From contig CAWDWO010000011.1 of NCBI GenBank assembly GCA_963806035.1, positions 52,899-116,898 of the forward strand: 64,000 nt of DNA, given 5' to 3'. Each line of letters starts with the position of its first letter. The first letter of the stretch is position 1. The notes under the pieces are model-generated. The model was not told where the DNA came from. It saw nothing but the letters and a program-made list of their open reading frames with translations, and did no database searches. Made by a program: the position numbers and the translations under genes. The DNA comes from Candidatus Krumholzibacteriota bacterium (GTDB lineage Bacteria; Krumholzibacteriota; Krumholzibacteriia; JAJRXK01). Of this stretch, positions 1-9,514 are shown piece after piece.

Positions 1-639
1 CAAGAACTTCAGGCGGTCCATGTCGCGGACGTCAGCCAGCACCGCACGGCTGTCCCGGTAGCCCATGCCCTCGCGCAGCTCCTCTTCGATCTCGAAGAGG
101 CTGTTTTCACCGCGACCCAAAAGCCAAAGACGCGAGGGACGGAAGGAAACGATCTGACGGCAGATCTCGCTGCCAATACTCCCCCCAGCTCCGGTGATGA
201 GAACTTCCCGCCCCTCCACCACTTGCCGGATCGGGCCCTTCTCGAGGGTAACGGTTTCGCGTCCGAGCAGATCCTCGGGGGCGATCTCGCGCACCTGTTC
301 GAAGCTCACCGTGCCCTCGATGATGTCGCGGACGCCGGGCACGATTCGCACCGGAACGCGCGCTTTCTGCGCCAAGGAGATGAGCCGCCGCACCACCGAG
401 CCCAGACCGGAGGGAATGGCGATGACGATCTCGTCGATGGCCAGCTCGCGAACGAAACGCTGCACCTCATCACTGGTGCCAGCGACGCTCTTTCCCAGAA
501 TGGACTTTCCCAACAACGCGGGATCGTCATCGAGAAACGCGATGACCTCCCGGTTGTACTCCTCTCCGTTTTCGCTCAGCTCTTCGGCGATCATGCGGCC
601 GGCCGAGCCGGCGCCAATAATGAGGACTCTTCTCTTCAT
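1..639 (-). CDS. CapD/PglF-like nucleoside-diphosphate sugar dehydratase (polysaccharide biosynthesis protein), runs off the left edge
   Basis: Not in the ORF track. Manual translation from ATG at 639 gives MKRRVLIIGAGSAGRMIAEEL...AFLDDDP...VLITGAGGSIGSEICRQIVSFRPSRLWLLGRGENSLFEIEEEL...VLADVRDMDRLKFL, with the hallmark TGAGGSIGSE motif. ATGA overlap with the upstream stop. Confidence 0.93.
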   Translation of the reverse strand, partial: MKRRVLIIGAGSAGRMIAEELSENGEEYNREVIAFLDDDPALLGKSILGKSVAGTSDEVQRFVRELAIDEIVIAIPSGLGSVVRRLISLAQKARVPVRIVPGVRDIIEGTVSFEQVREIAPEDLLGRETVTLEKGPIRQVVEGREVLITGAGGSIGSEICRQIVSFRPSRLWLLGRGENSLFEIEEELREGMGYRDSRAVLADVRDMDRLKFL

Positions 640-3068
640 CTCTCCACCGCGAGCACTGCCGTGGCCGAGCCACCGGCGCGGCTCACCCGAACGATGTAGA
701 GCCCGCTGGCCGCGTTATTGAATTTCAGATCTTTGACGTCCCACACCGCGCGCGTCTGCAGCTCCTGGCTGGTGAAATTGGACTCGGTGATCAAGGTTCC
801 CTGGAGATCGAAGACCTGCACCTTTACCTCGCCCGAGCCCTCGATTCCGCGCAGGAAGATGCCGTCCTGCGCTCCTTCGCGCCCCGGGTAGGGGTTGGGA
901 TAGATGACGAAGGAAATCTGGTCCGCCGGCGGCTGCGCCTCGATGCCGATACTGGTCGAAACGCGGCTCGCGCCGATGGTGCTGCCGAACAGCATTTCCT
1001 GCCTGACCGGATCGTAGACGATGTTCTGCAATTCGGCTCCCGCCATGGGCGAAATCACCTCTCCGCGATAGCCGGAGAGCTGTAGCTGGAAGGTGAAGAA
1101 GGCATCGACGGTCGTCCAGGCGTCGATTTTCAGCTGATCCGCGGCGACATCCAGTCGATTCAAACCGGCCGCGGTGGTCACCCACAGGCGACCGCTGGGA
1201 TCGAAGACACATCCCGAGGTGTTTCCGCTGAGCAGTCCGAGTCCGGCCTGGCCGGTACGGAAGACCCGCAGGAATTTGATCCGGTCGGAGACATTGGCCA
1301 GAAACGGCGTGTAGCGCATCTCCAGCACGCCCAGATCCGCCGCGGCAATGTAGATGAGCCCGTTCGGGGCGATCGCCACCTGACGCGGTTGCTTGAAGGC
1401 CACCGCGCTCGAGGCGCCGACGTAGGGAATGAGGTCCCAGGCCTCACTGGAGTTGAATTGACTGGTCCGCATGATCCCGTCGTTGGCCAGGCCGTCGTAG
1501 TCCCAGCGCTGCACTCCCTCGCCATCGATGCAAATCCATGCAATACCCCCTGGGGATTGGAAAGTGACACTGGTCACCCACCCATCCAGGAGCTGACTGT
1601 TGGCGGGCGAGAGTTGCCTCCAAGCCGTGGGATCTTCCGGGCGGCTTTTGTCCTCGAGAATGTCGATTCCCAGACCGGCATCGGCGAGATCCCCCTCGCT
1701 GAGGAGCCAGATTCTGCCCTGTGGGTCCTCCGCGATCTGACGAATGCGCCGCAGTCGGAGCGGGCTCTCATCCGGCACCAGATCGAGATATTCCGCGCTC
1801 GCGGGGTCGTCGTCGGGCGAAGGACGCAGGCGCGTGAGACAATCCCGGAAGGTGCTCACCCAAAGATCGGAGTTGGAATCGAGGGCCAGTCCAAAATTGG
1901 TCCGATTGGAGCACCAGCCGAATCCGGCGACCGACTGTTCGTAGTCGTAGTGCACGAAGCTGCCGTCGGCGCGCCAATGCGTCAGTCCCGTGTAAGGAGC
2001 CAGACAACTCACCCAGGCTCCGCCTTTGCCGTCGGGAACCATGTTCTGCACGTTGACCCCGAGCAATCCGATGGCGGTGAGGACGCGTCCCGAATCCGGC
2101 TCGAGTAAGCAAGCGCGGGGACCCTGCAAATTGCGCTGCAAGTCGACCTGGTATCCTCCGTACCACACCTGACCTTGACCGTCCGGGGCCAGCGTTTGCA
2201 AAACCCTCCCGCTGAGGTCCAGGGCCCGGCTCTGCCATTGACCCGACTGCGCATCGAGTCGCCAGGCCGTCCCGGTATAGCCCAGGCCGACGAGATCCTG
2301 TCCGTCGAGCTTCATGGCAACTAAGCTGTCGCTCAATCCAGTCCCGAACTCCGCCCACGTCCCGCTGCCTGGGTCGAATTTCTTGACTCCCGCCCGGTCG
2401 GCGACGAAAACGCCCGGGGATCCGGCCACCAGTCCCCTGACCACTTCGAGATCGAGTCCGCCGTTGAAGGTCTGAAAGATGCCGTCCTTGAGACGACTCA
2501 GTCCTCCCTGGGTGGCAAACCAAGCTTCTCCTCCGTAGGCCGCCGCGTAGAGTACGCGATCGTCCGCGAGCCCCTCATCCGCCGCGGTATAAATTGCTTC
2601 GGGCACCCCCGAGCTGAGACGGCCGGCGCCGTCGAGGCGCGTTCCGTAGTAGACGAAGTTGCCGTCCGTCGCGACCGCGGTGATCTCCAGCGAGGCCAGG
2701 TTCTGGGCCACCGCCCGCACACCGAAGCCAGCGTCGATGCGGCAGAGACCCGCGGGAGAGATACCCTCGCCCCCCGTGGCCACCCAGAGTTCGCCCCCCG
2801 ACGAAACGGCCAGGCCGCTGATCGCGTCGGAACTGAGTCCATCGCCACTGTTGAAGCGGCGGATCGCTCCGCTGGTGGGATCGACGATGAGCAGTCCACC
2901 CTGAGGCGTGGCGGCGACGAGCTTGCCCTCGAAGAGGGTCATGTGCTGGACCTCGCGCAGCTGGGCGGCGGTGGCCCAGGGTCCGGCTTCGCTCAAGTCG
3001 GCGGAAGCATGCGGTGGCCGAAGAACGAGGGTGAGGAAAATGAGCGTCCAGAAGATGCAGGTTTTCAT
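636..3068 (-). CDS. Secreted beta-propeller protein with C-terminal T9SS-type sorting/Ig domain (PorZ-like)
   Basis: Signal peptide (MKTCIFWTLIFLTLVLRPPHASA); repeated regulator-propeller blades (DGLSSDAISGLAV..GELWVATG, GLADDRV..WFATQGGLS, DPSGRLWVTTAAGLNRL); C-terminal IYPNP...VKVQVFDLQG...WD...ASGLYIVRV. Start moved to ATG at 3068. Confidence 0.75.
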   Translation of the reverse strand: MKTCIFWTLIFLTLVLRPPHASADLSEAGPWATAAQLREVQHMTLFEGKLVAATPQGGLLIVDPTSGAIRRFNSGDGLSSDAISGLAVSSGGELWVATGGEGISPAGLCRIDAGFGVRAVAQNLASLEITAVATDGNFVYYGTRLDGAGRLSSGVPEAIYTAADEGLADDRVLYAAAYGGEAWFATQGGLSRLKDGIFQTFNGGLDLEVVRGLVAGSPGVFVADRAGVKKFDPGSGTWAEFGTGLSDSLVAMKLDGQDLVGLGYTGTAWRLDAQSGQWQSRALDLSGRVLQTLAPDGQGQVWYGGYQVDLQRNLQGPRACLLEPDSGRVLTAIGLLGVNVQNMVPDGKGGAWVSCLAPYTGLTHWRADGSFVHYDYEQSVAGFGWCSNRTNFGLALDSNSDLWVSTFRDCLTRLRPSPDDDPASAEYLDLVPDESPLRLRRIRQIAEDPQGRIWLLSEGDLADAGLGIDILEDKSRPEDPTAWRQLSPANSQLLDGWVTSVTFQSPGGIAWICIDGEGVQRWDYDGLANDGIMRTSQFNSSEAWDLIPYVGASSAVAFKQPRQVAIAPNGLIYIAAADLGVLEMRYTPFLANVSDRIKFLRVFRTGQAGLGLLSGNTSGCVFDPSGRLWVTTAAGLNRLDVAADQLKIDAWTTVDAFFTFQLQLSGYRGEVISPMAGAELQNIVYDPVRQEMLFGSTIGASRVSTSIGIEAQPPADQISFVIYPNPYPGREGAQDGIFLRGIEGSGEVKVQVFDLQGTLITESNFTSQELQTRAVWDVKDLKFNNAASGLYIVRVSRAGGSATAVLAVER

Positions 3069-3078
3069 ACGATCCACT

Positions 3079-5211
3079 TCAAGAACTTCGGGGAAGTCGG
3101 TGCCAGTAGTCACGACGAAAGAGGATTCCCGGCAGAGCCGACAGCAGGAGATCCAAATCGAGCGTCAGCGACCACTGCTCCAGATAATCGAGATCACTGG
3201 AAACGAGGGACTCGAGAGTCGTCTCGTTGCACTCTTGTTGCCAGAGGCCCGCGAGACCGGGCTTGACGGCGAACCGTAGCAAGTGGATCGGACGGAGCTC
3301 CTTTTCCCGCAGTGGAGAAAATGCGTACGGTCCCACCAAACTGAGCTGTCCGGTGAGAACCTGCCAAAAGACGGGCAGCTGCACCAAACCCCAGAGCGCG
3401 CGCCCACTGCGGCCACTCACGAGTTCCGGCCAGTGGAGGATTCGCCGGCGTTGGCCGAGCCTCTCGGAGTCCCGCCAGCGGACGAGGCCCAAGGGCCGCC
3501 CCAAGGCTGAGCATAGCACGAAGCCGGGGAGTGACAAAAGGCAGAGCAGCGCCCCCGTGATCCGATCCACCGCCGCTTTGGCCCATGCGCCCTCGGCGAG
3601 CATGGAAGGGGGGCGAATCTGCAACCACGCAGATCCATGCCGGCGAATCAGCCCGTCCATCCCGCGCAGTACCTCCGCCCACGGGGGCAAGAGGTAAACC
3701 GTCACGCCACTGGCCGCGATCTGCCTGAGTTTCGCTACGGTCAGCTCTCTCTGCTTCATCCCGCCCGCGACCAGGACTTCGCCGAGCCGGTAGTTTTCGA
3801 CGATTTCCTCCAGCCTCTCCACTGGCCCCAGGACGCGGAGGGTCCCTCCCTGCGCAGTCCCCGGCCCGGCAAGCGGAACTTGCCCCGCCACGATCAAGGA
3901 TTCACGGGCTCGTGCGGAGAGCATCGTCCTCAGGCGTTCCACCTCCACCGCGTCTCCCACGAGAGCGGCACGGTCGAATCCACTAGCTGCCGTGCCTCCG
4001 GCCAAGAGACGCTTCAGAAGAACCCGTGAGAGTTGCAGAGCCACCGTCAACAGGGGAAAGAGAAAGACGATGACGAGACGGCTGAAGGTCCGTGTGTGAG
4101 CAAGCCAGGTTCCCGCCATGACGAGTAGTGTCACGGTGAGTGCAAGCCGTCCGCTGTCGATCCATCGCGAGAGGGGCCGCTCGTTGTGAGTCGAAACGTA
4201 ACGGCCCGCCAGAGGAAGAGTGAAGGCCGCCACCACGTTGGTGAATGCGAGTAGAGGCAGGTACTCGGCAAAGGCGTAGAGCGGCAAGGGAAGTGCCGGT
4301 TGCAAGAGCAAACGAGCGAAATAGGACGCCAAGAATGCCACATTCAAAAATACGAGATCGAGAACGAAGGCACTCAGCTTCTCCCAGCCGCGACGCAACT
4401 GCTTCGCCACGTAGACCAGTGCTCCCCACTTGTCGTAGTAACTGGCGAACGAGCGCAAGTGATAGAGCAAAGTTCTGTTCAAGCCACCGCTGCTGCGCTC
4501 GTAGGCGTGAACGAAGCTGGACTCGGGAAAATAGTGCACCTCGAATCCACCGGCCCACATCCGGTAGCACCAGTCGACGTCCTCGAAGTACATGAAAAAG
4601 CGGCCATCCATCTTGCCGACCGCGTCGATGGCGGATCGTCGCACCAGCATCCACGCTCCCATCACCCAGTCCACCGGGCGGGGATGCTCCAGGTCGTCAT
4701 CGAGCATGAGGTGGCGTCTCAGTTCGGGATGATCGGGTTTCAAGCGTCCCAGGGGCGTCCGCCGCAAGAGTATCGTCTGGAGGGTATAGAAGCGGCGCGC
4801 ACTGTTCTGCAGCGAACCGTCTCGATTGAGCAGGCGGGCGCCCACGATGCCCGCTTCGGGATGTTCCTCGAGGTACTTCAGAGCACGGTCGACTCCTCCC
4901 TCGGAAAGCTCCACGTCGGGGTTGATGACGAGTATGGCGCGCCCATTCGCGTGCTCGATGCCCGCATTCACACCACGGGCGTAGCCCAGGTTCTTGGGGC
5001 TGGAGAGGAGCGTGACTTCGGGGTGTTCCTTTTCGATCCAGTCCGCCACGCCGTCTCCCGGCGCGTTGTCCACCAGCAGAATCTCGTGCGAGGCCTCGAT
5101 GGGGTGGCGGCGATAGCTCTCGAAGAAGGCCCGGAGAGGCTGAGCACTGTGGTAACTCACGAGGACGATCGTGAGTTCCAGGGAAGGCATTTGCGTGCTC
5201 GTAGTTCTCAT
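3079..5211 (-). CDS. GT2 glycosyltransferase fused to a membrane/Rossmann linker and a degenerate bacterial sugar transferase (PGT) domain
   Basis: N-terminal GT2 (VDNA, NLGYARGVN, INPD, DWVMGA, YFEDVDWCYR), then 4 TM helices, then LTGQLSLVGP...VKPGLAGLWQ...DLDYLEQWSLTLDL. Start at ATG 5211, overlapping the upstream stop. Confidence 0.88.
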   Translation of the reverse strand: MRTTSTQMPSLELTIVLVSYHSAQPLRAFFESYRRHPIEASHEILLVDNAPGDGVADWIEKEHPEVTLLSSPKNLGYARGVNAGIEHANGRAILVINPDVELSEGGVDRALKYLEEHPEAGIVGARLLNRDGSLQNSARRFYTLQTILLRRTPLGRLKPDHPELRRHLMLDDDLEHPRPVDWVMGAWMLVRRSAIDAVGKMDGRFFMYFEDVDWCYRMWAGGFEVHYFPESSFVHAYERSSGGLNRTLLYHLRSFASYYDKWGALVYVAKQLRRGWEKLSAFVLDLVFLNVAFLASYFARLLLQPALPLPLYAFAEYLPLLAFTNVVAAFTLPLAGRYVSTHNERPLSRWIDSGRLALTVTLLVMAGTWLAHTRTFSRLVIVFLFPLLTVALQLSRVLLKRLLAGGTAASGFDRAALVGDAVEVERLRTMLSARARESLIVAGQVPLAGPGTAQGGTLRVLGPVERLEEIVENYRLGEVLVAGGMKQRELTVAKLRQIAASGVTVYLLPPWAEVLRGMDGLIRRHGSAWLQIRPPSMLAEGAWAKAAVDRITGALLCLLSLPGFVLCSALGRPLGLVRWRDSERLGQRRRILHWPELVSGRSGRALWGLVQLPVFWQVLTGQLSLVGPYAFSPLREKELRPIHLLRFAVKPGLAGLWQQECNETTLESLVSSDLDYLEQWSLTLDLDLLLSALPGILFRRDYWHRLPRSS

Positions 5212-5921
5212 TCGCTGGAAGCGGAGAAGAAGCGCAGACGCCAGACGACCCAAGCCGCCTCCCAGATGATCCGTCTGGACATCTTGCTCTCTCCCACCAC
5301 GCGGTCGGTGAAGACGATGGGGATCTCGCGAATTTGAAACCCGCGCCTCCACGCGTGATAGTTCAGTTCGATCTGGAATCCGTATCCGTCGCTGTGGACC
5401 CGGCTCAGCGGGAGGCTCTGCAGAGTACGGCGCCGGAAGCACTTGAAGCCACCGGTACAGTCTTTCAGCGGAAGACCGGTGACCGCGGCAGCGTAGTAGT
5501 TGGCGAAAACCGACAGGAAGAGGCGCGACAGAGGCCAGTTCATGACCGTGATGCCGTTCACGTAGCGACTCCCGATCACCAAGTCACAGTGTTGGATCGT
5601 TTCCAGGAAGCTGGGAATTGCCGCGGGATCGTGCGAGAAATCGGCATCCATCTCGAAAATGTACTCCGCATCGGTCTCCGCGAGTGCCCACTGGAATCCG
5701 GCCAGGTAGGCCGTTCCCAGGCCCTGCTTCCCCTCCCGTTCGATGAGATGAATACGCGATTCGCTCTGCATCATTTGCGTGACGACAGCGCCGGTGCCGT
5801 CGGGGCTGCTGTCATCCACGACCAGGACGTCGATTCCCGGATCCTGTTTCAGGATCTCAGGAATGATGCGCCCGATGTTGTGCCGCTCGTTATAGGTGGG
5901 GATCACGATCAGAGCTTTCAT
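5208..5921 (-). CDS. Polyprenol monophosphomannose synthase (DPM1/Ppm1-like GT2)
   Basis: IPTYNER, VVDDSSPDGTG, GLGTAYLAGF, MDADFSHDP, DCTGGFKCFRR, GYGFQIE, EIPIVFTDRVVGESKMS. Confidence 0.93.
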   Translation of the reverse strand: MKALIVIPTYNERHNIGRIIPEILKQDPGIDVLVVDDSSPDGTGAVVTQMMQSESRIHLIEREGKQGLGTAYLAGFQWALAETDAEYIFEMDADFSHDPAAIPSFLETIQHCDLVIGSRYVNGITVMNWPLSRLFLSVFANYYAAAVTGLPLKDCTGGFKCFRRRTLQSLPLSRVHSDGYGFQIELNYHAWRRGFQIREIPIVFTDRVVGESKMSRRIIWEAAWVVWRLRFFSASSE

Positions 5922-5943
5922 CCGCTTCCAACGCTCCTCACGA

Positions 5944-6052
5944 ACTCAGGGACCAGCGTGACGTGGGCTGAGAGCTGCCCTCTGCGTTGCCAGCCTAGTC
6001 GGGCTCGCAGCGGCTGGCAATCATCGAAATCCGGCGCCTGCGCTCCCTGAGT
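5944..6052 (-). promoter_or_regulatory. Candidate structured 5' leader/ncRNA upstream of the polyprenol-P-mannose synthase
   Basis: Perfect 9-bp closing stem ACTCAGGGA/TCCCTGAGT (5944-5952/6044-6052) enclosing a perfect 9-bp stem TTGCCAGCC/GGCTGGCAA and a short GGGC/GCCC hairpin. Ends just before a GAGGAG SD. Confidence 0.4.
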
Positions 6053-6071
6053 ATACCCCATTCCGCCGGCA

Positions 6072-8585
6072 TCACGCCTTGGCTCCACCCCCGCTTTTGG
6101 AGGGAAAGCGCGAGGAGGAAGCTCTGAATGCTCGCAGCAGCAATGCGAGTGCAGCCAGAACGAGGATTGCCAGGGCGATACGGTGCAAAAGCCGTCCGGT
6201 GCGAAATGCCTCATCGTGGTAGAGAAACTCGATTCGATGATTTCCTGGCGCTAGCGCGAGCGCCCTGAGGGCATAGTCGGCGCGGATGATGGTGGCGGGC
6301 TTCCCGTCGATTCTCGCCTCCCAATCCGGATAGTAGACGTCAGCGAAGACCGCGAGCGACGGACGATCGCACTGCGCCTCGAACACGATGCGCTGCGGAT
6401 GTTCTTCGAGGCGCCGCACCTGGCCGCTGGCGCCGGCTTCGGGCGCCGGACTGGGGAGCTGGGAGAGGATTACTTCCTGGGCCGGGTCGAAGTTCGCTGC
6501 GAGCACACGATCGAGCACCGTGGTATCGGGCTCAGAGTGGCTCGTGTTCATCCCCGCGCGTTCCAACTGGAAACGATCCACGATCCAAGCGCGCGCCCCC
6601 GCGCTGTCGTTGCGGTACACGACTCCGCCATCGCCCTGGTACATCTGCACCAGCGAGAGTCCCTGCTGCGCCAGGCCCCGCACCGTCGGCTCCGGCAGGG
6701 CGTTGGGAACGTGGACCCACCCCGCGGCCAGGAGATCGACCAGCTTCAGGGACGGCAGTCCCTTCGGTGGATACAGGTGCTCCCGGATCTCCTCGTAGGT
6801 TCTGAGCTTGGCCGCATGGTAGCCGGCCAGGCTCACGATGCCCTGCGCAGCGTAGATGTTCTCCATCTGATATCCGCCCAGAGGCCAGACCCTGGGAAAG
6901 GAACCCTGTTTCTTGAGAAAATCCAGGGCGCCGTTGCTCGCGACGTAGGAGTGCACGAAGCTCTGGTCGCGAATCATGGCCGGAGAATCGACCACCTCAG
7001 CGCGCCCCTGTTCGTCACGGTCCACCTGTTTCAGATAGCGCTCCGGATGCACGATGGGTCGAGACACTCCGTAGAGGTCCGCGAAAACCAGGAATCCCAG
7101 CAGGGCGGCCAGGAGTGGTCTGGAGATCCTGCCGCGAATGTACGCGACCGCTGCGGCCAAGGAGAGCAGCAGAATCGCGCCGAGCCTCAGGGCATCACCT
7201 CGCGCCAGCTTCGCCGCGGCATCCAAGGCAGCGACGGGAACCCGGGCGCGCAGGGAAAGCCAGTGATTGATCGACTGTTCGCGCAGGTAATCGAAGCCGA
7301 AGCTACCCAGGATCAGGAGCACGATGGCGAGAACCAAGAGCGGCAGAGCGACCGCAGCGGTGAGCCAGGCAGGGCGATGTTCCTTCTTGAGGTGCGAGAG
7401 GAGTTCGTCGATTCCCGCAGCCGCCAGCAAAATCAGGGAGAACTCCTGCAAAATCAGAATCATCACCGGAACGCGAAATTTCTTGAAGGCGGGTAGCAGT
7501 TCGTAAAGTACACGATAGAGAAAGCCGTGGTTGCCCATCGCCACCAGAGTCGAGAAGACGGCGAGCGCCGCCAGCATCCAGGTCCAGCGATCACGGCGGA
7601 AGACCAGCGCCAAAAGCGCCAAGATCAAGACTGGCAATCCCACGTAGTTCGGATAATCGGTGAACGGCATGCTCCCCACGTAGGAGAGCTTGCCGTAGCC
7701 CACCGCGGTGGGCCACCAGAAGGTGGGAATTCCACTCGCACCCAAGCTCCAGCTGGTAGCGTAGGCGAAGCTCACGCCGCCACCGGTGCTCGCCGCGCCA
7801 CGGATGCTGTGCGCCTGGTAACTCAGTACCGGCAGATAGAGTTCGGTGGCCAGAAGAAGCGCCAGCACGCAGGCTGCAAGGATCCAAGCACTGCGCAGAG
7901 CGAGCCGCCGGCGTCCCTGCTCCTCTTTCCACAGCGGAATACCGAAGGCGCAGAACCAGAAGACCCCGGCCATCGCCGTGTAGTAGGTCATCTGAACGTG
8001 GGCGCGCAGAAGCAGCACTCCGAGAAAAGCGGCCAGGGCCACCGCCCACTTGGCCTGCCCACGCCGCAGCAACCCTTCGAGCATCCAGAGAATCCAGGGC
8101 AACCAGGCGATACTGAGCACCTTGGTGCCATGCCCATAAACACACCAGGCGACCAGTTTGGGAAAGGCCATGACCGCCGCGCCGGCGAAGACCGAGGCCG
8201 CCCATGACTGTCCTCGCCAACGCAGGTAAGCACAGGTCCCCAGACCCAAAATGAGAAGGTGCAACAGGAGCCAGGTCATCGGGGGCAGGTGGAACAAGTG
8301 CTTGAGCTCGTCGATGGGTCGTTCCAGCGGATAGACACCCGGGGTATAAGCAAGGCTCGCGTAGGAGGGCATCCCGAGAAATACATAGGGATTCCAGAGT
8401 GGATACACTCCCTCGTCCAGCATCCGATCCCCCACGATCTTGAATGCTTGAACCGCTCGCGCATCACTACTCGCGTAGATCTTGCCCGCGTACTGTTCGG
8501 GATGCAGGACCGCGCTTGCCGACAGCAAGACGAGGAAAGCCAAGAGCCAGATTCCGAATGTGGCTTTGCGAGTGCTCATACTCAT
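6072..8585 (-). CDS. YfhO-family multi-pass membrane protein (GT-C-fold glycosyltransferase)
   Basis: PLWNPYVFLGMP, HVQMTYY, YVGLPVLILA, LPAFKKFRVP, C-terminal ADVYYPDWEARIDGKPATIIRADYALRALALAPGNHRIEFLY; many TM helices. Confidence 0.9.
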   Translation of the reverse strand: MSMSTRKATFGIWLLAFLVLLSASAVLHPEQYAGKIYASSDARAVQAFKIVGDRMLDEGVYPLWNPYVFLGMPSYASLAYTPGVYPLERPIDELKHLFHLPPMTWLLLHLLILGLGTCAYLRWRGQSWAASVFAGAAVMAFPKLVAWCVYGHGTKVLSIAWLPWILWMLEGLLRRGQAKWAVALAAFLGVLLLRAHVQMTYYTAMAGVFWFCAFGIPLWKEEQGRRRLALRSAWILAACVLALLLATELYLPVLSYQAHSIRGAASTGGGVSFAYATSWSLGASGIPTFWWPTAVGYGKLSYVGSMPFTDYPNYVGLPVLILALLALVFRRDRWTWMLAALAVFSTLVAMGNHGFLYRVLYELLPAFKKFRVPVMILILQEFSLILLAAAGIDELLSHLKKEHRPAWLTAAVALPLLVLAIVLLILGSFGFDYLREQSINHWLSLRARVPVAALDAAAKLARGDALRLGAILLLSLAAAVAYIRGRISRPLLAALLGFLVFADLYGVSRPIVHPERYLKQVDRDEQGRAEVVDSPAMIRDQSFVHSYVASNGALDFLKKQGSFPRVWPLGGYQMENIYAAQGIVSLAGYHAAKLRTYEEIREHLYPPKGLPSLKLVDLLAAGWVHVPNALPEPTVRGLAQQGLSLVQMYQGDGGVVYRNDSAGARAWIVDRFQLERAGMNTSHSEPDTTVLDRVLAANFDPAQEVILSQLPSPAPEAGASGQVRRLEEHPQRIVFEAQCDRPSLAVFADVYYPDWEARIDGKPATIIRADYALRALALAPGNHRIEFLYHDEAFRTGRLLHRIALAILVLAALALLLRAFRASSSRFPSKSGGGAKA

Positions 8586-9511
8586 CCCTTCGGTAGAGCG
8601 TTTCCCACTTGGAAACTGCGGCGTCTGAAAATCGCATCGACCCAGGCCCGCACGATCGCCACAGCCGCGCGAAAATGGGCCCCCAGGACCAAGTATGCGA
8701 TCGCGGCAAGATCATGGAGCGCGAGCCCGCAGTAGGCCGTGAGACGGCCCGGTCCCGCATTGTGGCGTGTGAAGAGGCGCAAGGCGGCTCGGCTCTTGTG
8801 GTAGCTCTTGAACGCCGAGCTCGTCCCACCCACTGAAGCACTCACCTTGTGCAGAACCAGCGCGCGCGGTTCGTAGCGGATTTTCACTCCCAAGTCGGCG
8901 GCGCGGAGACAGAAGTCGACGTCCTCCGCGTAGATGTAGTAGCCCTCGTCGAGCCCTCCGAGGGAATCCCAGACCTCCCTGCGCACCGCCAACGCGCATC
9001 CACTCACCCAGCCGGTCTCTCCGCCAGGATCTTTCCCCTCGTCCACCTCGCGTCGAATGGCGCGGTGGGAAACGACACCGAGGGAGCGCACGATCTTTCC
9101 CCCTCCATACCAGATGCGCTCGGGCCGGTCATAGTAGCAGATTCGGGGACCGGCCACCCCGAGTTCAGCATCTTCTTGGAAGGATCGCCCCAGCCACTGC
9201 AGAAAATCGGGGGCGACGGTGGTGTCGTTGTTGAGGAGAAGCAACACCTCGGCTCCAAGTTCCAGCGCGCGGGCGGCTCCCGCGTTGTTGCCTCCGGAGA
9301 AGCGGCGATTCTCCCCGAGGGCAAGAAGCTCGGTCTCGGGATATTCGCGCCGCATCCACTCCACGCTGGCGTCGCGGGATCCGTTGTCTACGACGACTAC
9401 GAAAAAATCGGGATACTGTGAGGCGTAGAGCGAGGGGAGCAGTTCCCGCAGATGGTCGAGACCGTTCCAATTCAGAACGACCACTCCGATACGGGGTGGA
9501 TTCGAAGCCAC
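8582..9511 (-). CDS. GT2 family glycosyltransferase
   Basis: VVLNWNG, VVVDNGSRD, FSGGNNAG, LLNND, WVSGCAL, YAEDVDFCLR. Confidence 0.92.
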   Translation of the reverse strand: MASNPPRIGVVVLNWNGLDHLRELLPSLYASQYPDFFVVVVDNGSRDASVEWMRREYPETELLALGENRRFSGGNNAGAARALELGAEVLLLLNNDTTVAPDFLQWLGRSFQEDAELGVAGPRICYYDRPERIWYGGGKIVRSLGVVSHRAIRREVDEGKDPGGETGWVSGCALAVRREVWDSLGGLDEGYYIYAEDVDFCLRAADLGVKIRYEPRALVLHKVSASVGGTSSAFKSYHKSRAALRLFTRHNAGPGRLTAYCGLALHDLAAIAYLVLGAHFRAAVAIVRAWVDAIFRRRSFQVGNALPKG

Positions 9512-9514
9512 GGC

